Shown here in pieces: positions 16,575-26,605 of a stretch of DNA of 64,000 nucleotides (positions within the stretch are counted from its first letter, which is position 1; each line of letters begins with the position of its first letter). The position numbers and the translations under genes were made by a program. The DNA comes from a virus (lineage: Duplodnaviria > Caudoviricetes): positions 1-64,000 of the IMG/VR virus record IMGVR_UViG_3300025715_000361. One strand, 5' to 3'. The notes below the pieces were generated by a model, which made no database searches, was not told where the DNA came from, and saw nothing but the letters and a program-made list of their open reading frames with translations.

Positions 16575-17522
16575 ATGCCGAAGGCCAATGAGAGGGAATT
16601 GGAAGATTCTAATGCGGAGTTTGATGAGGTATTTGACGAAGCAGTAGGGGAGAAGGACGAAGAAAAAGAAAAAAATGACGATTCCCTGAACGAAGAAGAG
16701 GGAAAGGATAAAGAAGCCGAAGCCGCTCGCCTTGCGGAGGAAGAAGCGGCACGGTTAAAAGCAGAGGAAGAAGCAAAAGCAAAGAAGGGCGAGGAAGAGA
16801 CATACGAACAGCGGTGGAAAACCCTTCAGGGAATATACCGGCACGAAAAAGAGGAGTGGGAGAACCAAAGGAATAAACTGGTAGCGGATTTGGAGGCATC
16901 CAAAAAGCCGCCAGAGGAAAAAGAGAAGAAGCCGTCTATTCCGGCCGCACTTTATGACAGCCTTAGTCCGGAGGAAAAGGCCGAGTTTGAAGAGTACGAT
17001 TCGGAATTTGACGTTATTTCGAAAATGGAGGGCAAAAAGCGGAATCTTGAATTCAACAAGCTGAGGAAAGAATTCGAAGAGAGGTTGACGGAGATTGTTT
17101 CACAGCTTGCGGAAGCGAAAGAGACCGGGAAGGTTGCCACCCAGAAAGCAGAGTCCCTTGAGGACTTGCGGTTGGAGGAGGAACATTTCAATAAAATCCG
17201 TGAGAAGCATAGTGATTTCGAGAAATTCAGGGACGATGGCTCCATTGAAAAGTGGATCAAGTCCAAACCGAAATACATGCAGGGAAAGCTGACTGAGGTT
17301 TATGAAAGCGGCAGCACGGATGAGGTGATTGAGTTTCTCGATGATTTTAAAAAAGAAAATGGAGTTGATGCAGAACGTGTTCCTGATCCAAACAGGAAAA
17401 AGATGGAGAAGAAGGACGCAATGCGTTCCGTGACATCAAGAAGAGGTTCTGTGAACCCCTCCATTGCACCGGCAGAGGATTATGAGTCTGCCTACGAGGA
17501 AGCAATCAGTAAGGGAGGTTAA
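16575..17522 (+). CDS. capsid scaffolding protein
   Basis: Glu/Lys-rich coiled coil directly before the MCP. Confidence 0.7.
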   Translation: MPKANERELEDSNAEFDEVFDEAVGEKDEEKEKNDDSLNEEEGKDKEAEAARLAEEEAARLKAEEEAKAKKGEEETYEQRWKTLQGIYRHEKEEWENQRNKLVADLEASKKPPEEKEKKPSIPAALYDSLSPEEKAEFEEYDSEFDVISKMEGKKRNLEFNKLRKEFEERLTEIVSQLAEAKETGKVATQKAESLEDLRLEEEHFNKIREKHSDFEKFRDDGSIEKWIKSKPKYMQGKLTEVYESGSTDEVIEFLDDFKKENGVDAERVPDPNRKKMEKKDAMRSVTSRRGSVNPSIAPAEDYESAYEEAISKGG

Positions 17523-17524
17523 AC

Positions 17525-18514
17525 ATGGCAATGACTGTTTACGGGGATATCACCCCCAGAACTGCGGCATATGTGGTGGTCGAACTTCTCAAAAGGGCAA
17601 TGCCTTATCTTTGCCTTGAGAAATTCGGTCAGAGCAAATCACTTCCGGCGAACAAAACGCAGTCCATGAAATTCAGGCGGTACAATTCGCTCGGGCTTCG
17701 GACTACGCCCCTCACGGAAGGTGTCACCCCGGCATCCGAAAAGCTGACCGCAACGGACATCACGGCAACGCTGTATCAGTACGGCGGCCTTGTCGAGATT
17801 ACCGATGTGATTCAGGACACTCACGAAGATCCGGTTCTTCAGGAAGCGGTGGCGGTTTCCGGCGAACAGGCGGCAAAGACCGTGGAAACGCTTCGTTACA
17901 ACATCCTGAAAGCCTGCACGAACGTGTTTTATGCGAATTCGGTTGCGGGAAGGACATCGGTTGTTGCAACAATCTCAAGAGCGGATCAGCGAAAAATCGT
18001 TCGTGCTTTGGAACGACAGGAAGCACAGCACATCACCAGTATCGTTAAATCCACCCCCAATTTCAATACCGAGTCCATCCTTCCGGCGTTTGTCGGAGTG
18101 ACCCATGTGGACATGACTTCTGATATCAGGAGTCTTGCCGGTTTCACATCGGTTGCGGATTACGGCAGTGTGAAGGGATGGGAAACGGAGATCGGTTCCT
18201 GTGAGGATGTGCGGTATCTGAAATCCACGATTTTCTCACCGTATGATGACGGCGGTTCGGCAACGACTACCGGGAAGCTGACGGCAACTGGTGCCGGATG
18301 TGACGTTTATCCGGTGATGATTTTCGGCAAGGATGCTTATGGCCTGATCGCACTGAAAGGGAAATACGCAATCACGCCGATCGTTATTAACCCTGTTCCG
18401 TCCAAGTCCGATCCTCTCGGCCAGAGGGGTTCCGTGTCTTGGAAAACGATGCAGACTACGGTCATCCTGAACGATGCGTGGATGGCTGTGTACGAGTGTG
18501 CTTGTACGGATTGA
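17525..18514 (+). CDS. major capsid protein, N4-gp56 family
   Basis: YGDITPRTAAY...LEKFGQ...FRRY, QYG...TD, GEIG..E.VR, SDPLGQRGSVSWK pattern. Confidence 0.9.
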   Translation: MAMTVYGDITPRTAAYVVVELLKRAMPYLCLEKFGQSKSLPANKTQSMKFRRYNSLGLRTTPLTEGVTPASEKLTATDITATLYQYGGLVEITDVIQDTHEDPVLQEAVAVSGEQAAKTVETLRYNILKACTNVFYANSVAGRTSVVATISRADQRKIVRALERQEAQHITSIVKSTPNFNTESILPAFVGVTHVDMTSDIRSLAGFTSVADYGSVKGWETEIGSCEDVRYLKSTIFSPYDDGGSATTTGKLTATGAGCDVYPVMIFGKDAYGLIALKGKYAITPIVINPVPSKSDPLGQRGSVSWKTMQTTVILNDAWMAVYECACTD

Positions 18515-18620
18515 TGGGTATAGTTGGCCCAAAGTAACACGTGCGTATTGCTCATTCAAGCCGGTACGCCAGTTGACGCTAAAAGTCTTGAACAACGCAA
18601 CTACATTGGAGGATTAAAAC

Positions 18621-19202
18621 ATGGCTTACAGAAAATTCGATGACCCGCCTCTCAGCAGGGACAATGCACCGAGGAAGATTTATCCCGCAATGCCGTGGGA
18701 GACGTTCAGACGGGCAATTCAGTCCATCACGAACCGTGTCGTAAGCGGCACGAATGGCACGATGGGTGGAACTGCCGGAATCGGTGCCGCATGGCTTGGA
18801 ACCGGAAGCACTGCCGGTCTTAAGCTGAATACGGCACTCGCCCTGTGCATCAATGGGCAGTATGGAACTGCAAGTGCACAGGACAACCTTTTCCTTCCGA
18901 CCGGTACGCAGAGCAAATCCACCTACGTGAAGTATCTGGTGGCGGCGAAGTTTGGAACGAATGCAACGATCTTTGCCGGTAACGAAGGGACGGATTCCAC
19001 GCATGCTTACCTTCCCGATTGCCCAGATGGATATGTGGCGGTTGGGTATATGGAGTATGTGACGGGAACTGCCGGTGCGTTCATCCGCTTCGGCGGCGGT
19101 ACGGCAGGCGGTGCGAACGTTGTTTCCGGCAATGCTGCGGCAACTTGCGGAACGGTTTCTGGGTACACCCAGCTTCTGCACATGCCGTTTAACGAAGTCT
19201 AA
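18621..19202 (+). CDS. Gly/Thr-rich virion protein (possible capsid decoration)
   Basis: 193 aa after the MCP; several GTAG-like motifs. Confidence 0.65.
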   Translation: MAYRKFDDPPLSRDNAPRKIYPAMPWETFRRAIQSITNRVVSGTNGTMGGTAGIGAAWLGTGSTAGLKLNTALALCINGQYGTASAQDNLFLPTGTQSKSTYVKYLVAAKFGTNATIFAGNEGTDSTHAYLPDCPDGYVAVGYMEYVTGTAGAFIRFGGGTAGGANVVSGNAAATCGTVSGYTQLLHMPFNEV

Positions 19203-19262
19203 ACAACTGGAGGGGGGAGGAGCGTATTCCTCTCTCCTCCATTAACATGAGGGAGAAACTAT

Positions 19263-19619
19263 ATGGGCAGAGTAAAAACAGATCAGGAAAAAAACCCTGA
19301 TAAATACTTTAACAGTCCGCAGGGTCACATTCGTGACAGGATCATTATCAGCGATTCGGCAGACATTCCGAGAGAAGGGATTTTCATCTCACTTAACGGT
19401 TTTGCTTTCCTTGCGAAACCGGGGGTGGAGATCGATTTGCCGAGGCCGGTAAGGCTGATGCTGGATACGAGGATCAAGACCGAAGTGGTACAGGTCGATG
19501 GCAAGGATCACGTGCGTCACATTAAAAGGTTCGCATACCAGATCGTTGCGTTGGATGTTGACAGTTTGGAGAAAGAAGCAGAGGTCGAATCGGCACAGCT
19601 TGAGGAGGCTGTTCAATGA
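19263..19619 (+). CDS. hypothetical virion-module protein
   Basis: 118-aa ORF, GGGAG RBS. Confidence 0.65.
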   Translation: MGRVKTDQEKNPDKYFNSPQGHIRDRIIISDSADIPREGIFISLNGFAFLAKPGVEIDLPRPVRLMLDTRIKTEVVQVDGKDHVRHIKRFAYQIVALDVDSLEKEAEVESAQLEEAVQ

Positions 19620-20368
19620 TCGGAAGGGAGTTGATTGCCCATCTCCGTGAAAGTATGCTTGATGATACCCAGTTGCCGTATCTGTGGCCTGATTCAGAGT
19701 TGTTGCGGTTTCTGAATTATGCGGAAGTACAGGCTTGCAGAAGGGCACATTTGATCATCGATGCGGAAACGACAAACGATAACGGGACAGCCGCAACTGC
19801 CGGGACGCTTGGACAACAACCATTATGCCGTGTATCCGTGGTTGCGAATCAAGCTACTTATATTTTAAGCCCGAAGATTTTGCAGATCAAGCGGTGCCAG
19901 TTGATGTCCATGCTGTACCCGTTGGAAGGGCCGTTGCATTATCCGCATCTTGACGAGCAAATGTCCGGTTGGTTTGGAACGTATGGGTCAAGCGGAACGG
20001 TAGGGACTGCGGGTACTGGAGGCGTTCCTTATGCCTTCATGAATGAACCGGGGAATACATTGACGTTTGTTTTAGCTCCCGGTGCATCGGATACGGCATT
20101 CTTGATCGTGTCGAGATTGCCGTTGACACAGTTTACATTGCAAACTTCTCCGGAAGTGCCGGAGAAGTATCATATCGATTTGTGCGATTGGGCGGCACAC
20201 CTTGCTTTAATGAAACCGGATTCTGATACGATAAACATGAATCTGGCGAAGGTGTACGAGGATCGATTCACGGCAAAATTCGGGCCGTTACCGGACGCAT
20301 ACAGCGACAGGATGAGGAAGGTTCTTGTCCAGAAAACGAGAATGCGTCCAAGGGAGTTCGGTAGTTAG
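19616..20368 (+). CDS. head-tail adaptor-like protein
   Basis: LW.DSELLRFLN.AE..ACRR...PE.YH..L..WAA..A pattern and position. Confidence 0.6.
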   Translation: MIGRELIAHLRESMLDDTQLPYLWPDSELLRFLNYAEVQACRRAHLIIDAETTNDNGTAATAGTLGQQPLCRVSVVANQATYILSPKILQIKRCQLMSMLYPLEGPLHYPHLDEQMSGWFGTYGSSGTVGTAGTGGVPYAFMNEPGNTLTFVLAPGASDTAFLIVSRLPLTQFTLQTSPEVPEKYHIDLCDWAAHLALMKPDSDTINMNLAKVYEDRFTAKFGPLPDAYSDRMRKVLVQKTRMRPREFGS

Positions 20369-20377
20369 GAGGTTAAA

Positions 20378-20584
20378 ATGGCGATTAAAAAAGGATCAAA
20401 GGAAAGTCCGCAGATTTTTGTCGTTACGGACAATCCCAACAAGCTTGGAACTACCCCGCTTAAAATCGGAGACATCGCAATCAATACGGGCCTTATGACG
20501 CTGTATTTTTGCAAGTCAACGGCAAAGGGAACTCCGGCTTCTGGGTGCGTTATCGATAGTTGGGGTACTGCGGGTACTGCGTAA
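20378..20584 (+). CDS. small virion protein ending in GTAGTA
   Basis: 68-aa ORF, GGAGG RBS. Confidence 0.65.
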   Translation: MAIKKGSKESPQIFVVTDNPNKLGTTPLKIGDIAINTGLMTLYFCKSTAKGTPASGCVIDSWGTAGTA

Positions 20585-20639
20585 TCCATAGGCGGGGGGA
20601 GCGGAACGACTTGCTCCCCCCGATTGAAAGGACGAAGCC

Positions 20640-21005
20640 ATGGAACGAAGCATCAAGACTATCAGTTTGTTTAAATCCCAGACGGTTGTTGCCGGAAGCT
20701 CCGGAATCTCCGATCCAATTGATCTCCGTGATATTTCGAAGAACGGAGATTTTTCCGTTTATTACAAGATCGACAAAGCCGGTGGAGTGGCAACTTGCGG
20801 TTCTGCAAAACTGTCGTTTACCGGGAGTCCTGTATATGACGGAACATACATCAGCCCGACAAATGGGACATTCGGGACGGTAGGCGATGGAGGCGGTAAT
20901 GATATTGTAGAGATAACGCCGCCCGTTATGCCGTTCATGAAAATCAACATTGCTATCGGTACCAGTGGCACGGCATTGGTGACTGCTTCTCTCCATGTCA
21001 GATAA
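20640..21005 (+). CDS. beta-rich virion protein
   Basis: 121-aa ORF containing GTSGT. Confidence 0.65.
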   Translation: MERSIKTISLFKSQTVVAGSSGISDPIDLRDISKNGDFSVYYKIDKAGGVATCGSAKLSFTGSPVYDGTYISPTNGTFGTVGDGGGNDIVEITPPVMPFMKINIAIGTSGTALVTASLHVR

Positions 21006-21016
21006 GGGGGTGCGTA

Positions 21017-21394
21017 ATGGCGAATATACGCAAACTGGTTCTGACAAGGGGCGACTCCAAGACTTACACTCTTACCTTTAAAGATGCGAATGGAAACCCT
21101 TATTGCCTGAAGAACTGGGTGGTTTTCTTCACAATGAAAACCAATTGGGAGCTTCCTGACGCACAAGCCTCACTCCAGAAAACCGTAACAACATTTGCCG
21201 ACACAACCGGAGGAACAAGCGGGGTGGCGTACATTACGTTGCTTCCATCGGATACGTCCGCTCTTGATCCCGGCGAATATGATTTTGATATTGCGGTTTG
21301 CACGAACCAAAATGCCGTTTACACGGTAATGAAGGGTAAAGTCGATCTTGAGTATGACGTAACGAATTCAACTGGTACTGCCGGGACTGCGTGA
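21017..21394 (+). CDS. BppU-N-like (baseplate upper/adaptor) protein ending in GTAGTA
   Basis: LTRGDSKTYTLTFKDANGNP...YDFDI...TVMKG pattern. Confidence 0.6.
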   Translation: MANIRKLVLTRGDSKTYTLTFKDANGNPYCLKNWVVFFTMKTNWELPDAQASLQKTVTTFADTTGGTSGVAYITLLPSDTSALDPGEYDFDIAVCTNQNAVYTVMKGKVDLEYDVTNSTGTAGTA

Positions 21395-22437
21395 TGGCTG
21401 ATGAAATAGAAGTCATTTTAGTAACTGCGGAAGCAATTTCCGTACAAGTTACCGATGAAAAAGAGATAAATTTAAGGACTGAGGGTAGCCTTGTTTCCAA
21501 CTCTGGTTCACACGGCACTTCAGGGACATCTGGCACTTCATCTGACGGTTCGCACGGGACTTCCGGCTCTTCTGGGACTTCTGGGACTTCTGGCACAGGG
21601 GAGTCCGGCACTTCTGGCACAAGTGGTACCTCTGGCACTTCAGGTGATGGCACTTCCGGCTCTTCCGGGACAAGCGGTACTTCAAGTGACGGGACATCAG
21701 GCACCTCCGGCACATCTGGAACTTCAGGAACCGGGACGAGCGGCACTTCAGGGACTTCAGGTACAAGTGCGGAAGGGAGTTCTGGGACTTCCGGCACCTC
21801 TGGTACAAGTGGTACTGGTGAATCTGGAAGCAGTGGAACATCGGGCACAAGCGGAACGGGGGAAGCTGGTAGCTCCGGCACATCAGGGACAAGCGGCACT
21901 TCAGGGGAGGGGAGTAGCGGGACAAGTGGGACATCCGGCGAGGACGGCTCATCTGGGACTTCAGGGACAAGCGGTAGCTCTGGCACAAGCGGAACCGGTG
22001 AGTCTGGGAGTAGCGGTAGCTCTGGGACTTCAGGTTCAAGTGGTGCGGGATCGTCTGGAACGAGTGGGACATCTGGTTCAACTGGGCTTACGGCAGTTGG
22101 GATTACATTTTTTGGTGCGGGAACGTCTATTTCTGCCGGGGTGCATGGATATGTAGCAATGCCTTTTAGTGCAACAATAAATTCTTGGTATATGGTGGCC
22201 GGTTCTGCGGGGACAATGGTTGTCGATGTTTGGAAAAAAGCCGGAAGCGTACCGACTGTTGCAGATACAATTGCAGGGAGTGAAAAACCAACTTTGACAG
22301 GGACTAATGTCGCAAGCGATACGAATTTGACGACATGGACAGATGTAGCGGTAACTGCGGGAGACATCATTGGATTTAATGTTGATTCCTGTGTGGGAAT
22401 AAACATGGCAACGCTTTCAATAGGGCTGAGTTTGTAA
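21391..22437 (+). CDS. fibre-like protein with about 190 aa of Gly-Thr-Ser repeats
   Basis: (GTS/GSS)n from about 21505 to 22085, with diversified codons, then a small beta domain. Confidence 0.8.
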   Translation: MMADEIEVILVTAEAISVQVTDEKEINLRTEGSLVSNSGSHGTSGTSGTSSDGSHGTSGSSGTSGTSGTGESGTSGTSGTSGTSGDGTSGSSGTSGTSSDGTSGTSGTSGTSGTGTSGTSGTSGTSAEGSSGTSGTSGTSGTGESGSSGTSGTSGTGEAGSSGTSGTSGTSGEGSSGTSGTSGEDGSSGTSGTSGSSGTSGTGESGSSGSSGTSGSSGAGSSGTSGTSGSTGLTAVGITFFGAGTSISAGVHGYVAMPFSATINSWYMVAGSAGTMVVDVWKKAGSVPTVADTIAGSEKPTLTGTNVASDTNLTTWTDVAVTAGDIIGFNVDSCVGINMATLSIGLSL

Positions 22438-22438
22438 A

Positions 22439-23671
22439 ATGGCTTACAGAGGATTCTCATTTAAGCATGGCGGTACAGTTGCCTCAATGTGGCTTTGCAT
22501 CCAAGGGTTCATGCAGAGCATTGGTTGGGAGCTGTACGATGACATTGCATCAAATATAAAAGTTTACAGATCAAACGGGGAATCTGGAAACGAGCATTAT
22601 GGATACGTTTATATGCAACAGGAAGCCACTTATATTGCGTATCGCTTTTTCCAGTATTGGGATTTATCCGCTCATGTAGGATACAGAGAACAGGTGATGG
22701 GCGGTACCACAAGTCAAAGGTTGGGCACTTTTGATAATACGATGGAATGTTTGCTCTGCGGAGACAAGGACATTGTTGCAATCATATATCCGGCAGAATC
22801 GAATACCGCAAATTCGTCCATTTGGTTTGGACATATCCCGAATAGGTTCGATAGGGTTACGTATGCGGATGGGACAGCAGGGACATCGGCAACGATATCG
22901 GTTGCATCAACCTCTGGGCTGTATGAAGGAAAGCAGATACAGATACTTGGTGCCGGGACAGAGGGATGTGAGAACCTTGACATAATAGAGATGGTCGATG
23001 CTTCTACCGTAATTGTAAGGAAGATGTCGAAGGACTATGGGACAGGTGCGGTTATAGGTGTTCCGGCATCAACATTTGGATGTGCGAACCCATATGTGGC
23101 GGTAGAAAGATGGTATCCGACAACACATATATCAGATTTGGGAACTGCTGTTCAGTCGCAATATTACAGTATTTATCCATTAATGGCTCCTGCTGTGGCA
23201 ACGGTTCAGCATCATTTTTCGAAAAAAGGGGCACCGGGGCCGTTATATTTTGTTTCTGATTCAGCCGGTACAACTGGTTGTATGGTTGGGTTTTTGTTAA
23301 AATACTTTCTATATGCTCGGAATGTGTCACAAACTTGGGACGCTTGCATCTATAACACTTCAGGAGAATATGGCACTTCCGCAACCGCATCCACATCAAG
23401 CGCAAACACATTGATTGAAACAGGCAGAACGTGGTCTGCGGATCAACACCTAAATAGAATGGTGCTTATTACAGCGGGAACAAACATTGGTCAATGTGCA
23501 AAAATAACGGGAAACGATGCAACGTCACTGTCAATAGATGGAACATGGGGGACAACATTTGGAACATCAAGGTACCAAATCTGCGATCAATTGTTTAGAG
23601 CACAAAGATATTCTTTGTATAATTATTTGCAGTTGCGAGTAACTGACACTACTGCACCGGTTCTTACATAG
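22439..23671 (+). CDS. tail/fibre-associated protein, paralog of 23680..24948
   Basis: Shared IGWE.YD...VYRSNGESG.E.YGY, GDKD, GH.P.RFD, GTAGT blocks. Confidence 0.75.
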   Translation: MAYRGFSFKHGGTVASMWLCIQGFMQSIGWELYDDIASNIKVYRSNGESGNEHYGYVYMQQEATYIAYRFFQYWDLSAHVGYREQVMGGTTSQRLGTFDNTMECLLCGDKDIVAIIYPAESNTANSSIWFGHIPNRFDRVTYADGTAGTSATISVASTSGLYEGKQIQILGAGTEGCENLDIIEMVDASTVIVRKMSKDYGTGAVIGVPASTFGCANPYVAVERWYPTTHISDLGTAVQSQYYSIYPLMAPAVATVQHHFSKKGAPGPLYFVSDSAGTTGCMVGFLLKYFLYARNVSQTWDACIYNTSGEYGTSATASTSSANTLIETGRTWSADQHLNRMVLITAGTNIGQCAKITGNDATSLSIDGTWGTTFGTSRYQICDQLFRAQRYSLYNYLQLRVTDTTAPVLT

Positions 23672-23679
23672 GGGGAGAT

Positions 23680-24948
23680 ATGTCGTATAAAGCATATGAA
23701 TTCAGGGCCGCAGACAGAGCGGCTTTCTGGGCCGCAATTCAGCCTTTCATGGGTGAGATTGGGTGGGAGGAATACGATGTAATTGATGCTGATACGATAG
23801 TATATCGCTCAAATGGCGAGTCTGGGAAAGAGCCATATGGTTACATTCATATCGATGCAGGGACATCCACATATATAGAATTTACGGCGTATCAGTATTG
23901 GAATTTGGCAACTCATACGGGAACAAGAAAGATGTGGGCATATAACACCCAAACGAATTCGAGAATTATTGGGTTTGGAGATTCCTATCCCGGGTTCATC
24001 CTTGCCGGAGACAAGGATTTGGTGTTTATGCTTTCAAATGCGGAATCCTATTCACAACAAATTACAAGTTATGGTGTTCTTTTTGGGCATTTGCCAATAC
24101 GGTTTGACACAAGATTGACAAACGCCGAAGGCACGGCCGGAACAGCGGGAACGATAACAGTCGAGTCGTCTGTTGGGTTTGGAGTTGGAAAATACGTGCA
24201 GATAGTCGGAGGAACAACCGGATGTGATTTACTGCAAATTACTGAAATTGTCGATACAAATACGATAAAAGTTGCGTCTTTAGCAAGAAACTACGGTACG
24301 GGGGCGGTGCTTGGTTCTCCCGGTTCGACATTTGGGATTATTGGTATTGGTCCCACAGTAGCTCAACGGTGGTTTCAAACATCATTTTATGGAGACTCAG
24401 GCACAACTGTCGGAAGCAGTTATTTAGCAGTGGGAAATATTGCAAACCCAACCGTGTATACAAACATGATGCACTTCACAAAGAAGTTCCATTTTGCTCC
24501 ATTTGTGGTTGCAACTGATTCTGCTTCAAGCCCCGGAATAATACTTGGATGTTATGGGACAAACTTTATGTATGGGAATTACAATTATGGGTATGAATTT
24601 TATGTAGAAAATAATGATGGGAGTGCTCCTGAAGTGGGAAGGACAACTGAGGGTGGCACAAACACTTTAAAGGATTCAAGGAAGTCGTGGACAGTAAACG
24701 AACATGTAGGTAAATTTGTTACAATTATGTCGGGTACGTACGCATACAAAGGCGGGACATATGGGATGTCAAAGAAAATTGCATCAAACACGGCAGATAC
24801 TCTAACATTAGTTTCTGATTGGAATGTAGTTCCGGATGGAACAACAATTTATGCGATACATGATATTTTGTGGAGGGCTACGCCAACATATACGATTGGC
24901 CAAAACTATTCTTTAATTAGGATAACTGACACGACTGTTCCATCATAG
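23680..24948 (+). CDS. tail/fibre-associated protein, paralog of 22439..23671
   Basis: See paralog; both end ...R.TDTT.P. Confidence 0.75.
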   Translation: MSYKAYEFRAADRAAFWAAIQPFMGEIGWEEYDVIDADTIVYRSNGESGKEPYGYIHIDAGTSTYIEFTAYQYWNLATHTGTRKMWAYNTQTNSRIIGFGDSYPGFILAGDKDLVFMLSNAESYSQQITSYGVLFGHLPIRFDTRLTNAEGTAGTAGTITVESSVGFGVGKYVQIVGGTTGCDLLQITEIVDTNTIKVASLARNYGTGAVLGSPGSTFGIIGIGPTVAQRWFQTSFYGDSGTTVGSSYLAVGNIANPTVYTNMMHFTKKFHFAPFVVATDSASSPGIILGCYGTNFMYGNYNYGYEFYVENNDGSAPEVGRTTEGGTNTLKDSRKSWTVNEHVGKFVTIMSGTYAYKGGTYGMSKKIASNTADTLTLVSDWNVVPDGTTIYAIHDILWRATPTYTIGQNYSLIRITDTTVPS

Positions 24949-24956
24949 AGGGAATA

Positions 24957-25205
24957 ATGGCGTTTAACTATTACGATGTGGAAGGGATAGAGAGTGGATT
25001 GTGTTCAACTGCGTTTGCGGAAGTGTTGCGTTTGGTGGCTTATAAAACTTTTATTGGATTCGCTACACCGGCTATACCGCCAACAGTGACAAGGATATCG
25101 CAAGCGTTGAATTGGAATTTGGGTGGAGGTGCGACAACGGCAGGGACTTCTGGCACAGGTGGCACAACCATCGTTGTCGGTGGATCATATACATGGATAG
25201 GGTGA
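24957..25205 (+). CDS. small virion protein with TAGTSGTGGT motif
   Basis: 82-aa ORF, GAGGG RBS. Confidence 0.6.
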   Translation: MAFNYYDVEGIESGLCSTAFAEVLRLVAYKTFIGFATPAIPPTVTRISQALNWNLGGGATTAGTSGTGGTTIVVGGSYTWIG

Positions 25206-25209
25206 TGAA

Positions 25210-25626
25210 ATGTTTGTTCAGATAGCACAGGCCGCACAGCAAGCGGCACAGGAAATAAAAGAACCCATTATAACGTGGAACCTTTTTGTAACTGGTTTTG
25301 GGATGCCACTCGGATTGTATATTTTGGGCCATTACATCAAACTGAAAATTGAAGCAAAATCCAAGGTGGATTCAGAGCTTGAAATTGAAAAAAAGAAGTC
25401 CTTGGAAACGTGGCAAGCCAACATGGAAAAGACGATCCTTCAATGGCAAGAGGGCGCAAAAGAAAGAACTGCGGGAATATGTAAAAAGCTTGATGAAATA
25501 AAAGATGAGGTGCACGCAAAGCAGGGAATAAGGGCTTGTGAAAAGAAACATGATGACATCGACAAAAAACACGATACTCTTGAAAAGAAGTTAAACCATA
25601 TCGAAGAAAAGGTGTTTTACGCATGA
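25210..25626 (+). CDS. single-TM coiled-coil protein (holin-like position)
   Basis: Hydrophobic LFVTGFGMPLGLYILG segment then charged coil; directly before the endolysin. Confidence 0.55.
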   Translation: MFVQIAQAAQQAAQEIKEPIITWNLFVTGFGMPLGLYILGHYIKLKIEAKSKVDSELEIEKKKSLETWQANMEKTILQWQEGAKERTAGICKKLDEIKDEVHAKQGIRACEKKHDDIDKKHDTLEKKLNHIEEKVFYA

Positions 25627-25991
25627 CGGAATTGCTTGAAAAACGACTGAGATTCACTCGCCATTTAACGGATTTAATAGTACACTTCAACCAGAAACCG
25701 GGGGTTGATGTGGCTTACGGGAGAGATTTTGATGAACAATACGAACGAACAAAAGACGGGAAGCCCCTCCGTCACATGCGGGGCAGCCTTCATTATTTGG
25801 GCCTTGCCAATGATGTCGCTTTATATTTGCACGGAAAATACCAAGAGAATACTGAGGCTTATGCTGAAATGGGAGCGTACTGGAAAAGCCTTGATGTCGA
25901 TAACCGCTGGGGAGGAGAATTTCGGGACAAAAAAGGAAACCCTGCTCCAGACGGATGCCACTTCAGTATCGAGTATCAAGGACGCAAATGA
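25623..25991 (+). CDS. endolysin, peptidase M15 family
   Basis: SLHYLGLAND (SxHxxxxAxD), WGG, DGCHFS zinc-binding motifs. Confidence 0.85.
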   Translation: MTELLEKRLRFTRHLTDLIVHFNQKPGVDVAYGRDFDEQYERTKDGKPLRHMRGSLHYLGLANDVALYLHGKYQENTEAYAEMGAYWKSLDVDNRWGGEFRDKKGNPAPDGCHFSIEYQGRK

Positions 25992-26584
25992 GAAGTCCTG
26001 AAATTGTCTTGGACAAGCGTTGGATGCCCGTTTTTTATGTGATCGCTATGACTGTTAAAGACTTGGATATTAGAAGGATGATTATTAAGACGATTTCCGT
26101 CTATGTGATGGCATCTCTCTCCGTCTTTAAGCGGGCGTCCAATGGTAGCTTCGGCAATGATAATATGTTCAAATACATATCCCTTTTTGTCGGCCCTTGG
26201 ATGATTATAAAGAAGAACCTTTTTGTATCCTTTTTTAATAATGTACGGTTTCTGGACATATTTTCCGTAACAAGAGGAAGAACAGAATCTTGGCTTCTTA
26301 CGATTGGTGCGATGATAAGCATAAAAAAGCTCTCCGCAATATTCACATCTATTTTGCAATGGCTTGGGATTATGAGGCTTTTCGCCACGAATTATATGCC
26401 GATAATGCTTGCGACAGTATCCTCTACCGAAGTGAGTGTCTCCACATATAGAGCAGGTCTTTCTTGCTGGGGTAGATTTGCGTTGTTCATTAAAATTTTT
26501 CCCTGTTTGCCATTTCCCGTAACAGGTGGCAGAACAAAATCTCTTGTTGATTGTTTTGGAACCACACACTTCACAAGTATTCAT
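25976..26584 (-). CDS. free-standing HNH homing endonuclease with N-terminal Cys4 zinc fingers (202 aa)
   Basis: CEVC/FCSATC, CSIC, CEYC/FCSSSC; HPRADKKGYVFEH...HHIDGNRLNNHPSN; AAAGGAGG RBS before ATG 26584. Confidence 0.9.
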   Translation of the reverse strand: MNTCEVCGSKTINKRFCSATCYGKWQTGKNFNEQRKSTPARKTCSICGDTHFGRGYCRKHYRHIIRGEKPHNPKPLQNRCEYCGELFYAYHRTNRKKPRFCSSSCYGKYVQKPYIIKKGYKKVLLYNHPRADKKGYVFEHIIIAEATIGRPLKDGERCHHIDGNRLNNHPSNIQVFNSHSDHIKNGHPTLVQDNFRTSHLRP

Positions 26585-26605
26585 AATAACCTCCTTTATG
26601 GAGTG

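Noticed and set aside
21505-22085. Possible CRISPR array or DGR template
   Set aside because: Repeats are codon-level inside an ORF, with no constant repeat/unique spacer pattern; no cas or reverse transcriptase gene recognised in the window.
21234-22460. 408-aa minus ORF with PEVPEV repeats (and alternate frames 21449, 21491)
   Set aside because: Reverse-complement or frame shadow of the GTS repeat; no RBS support.
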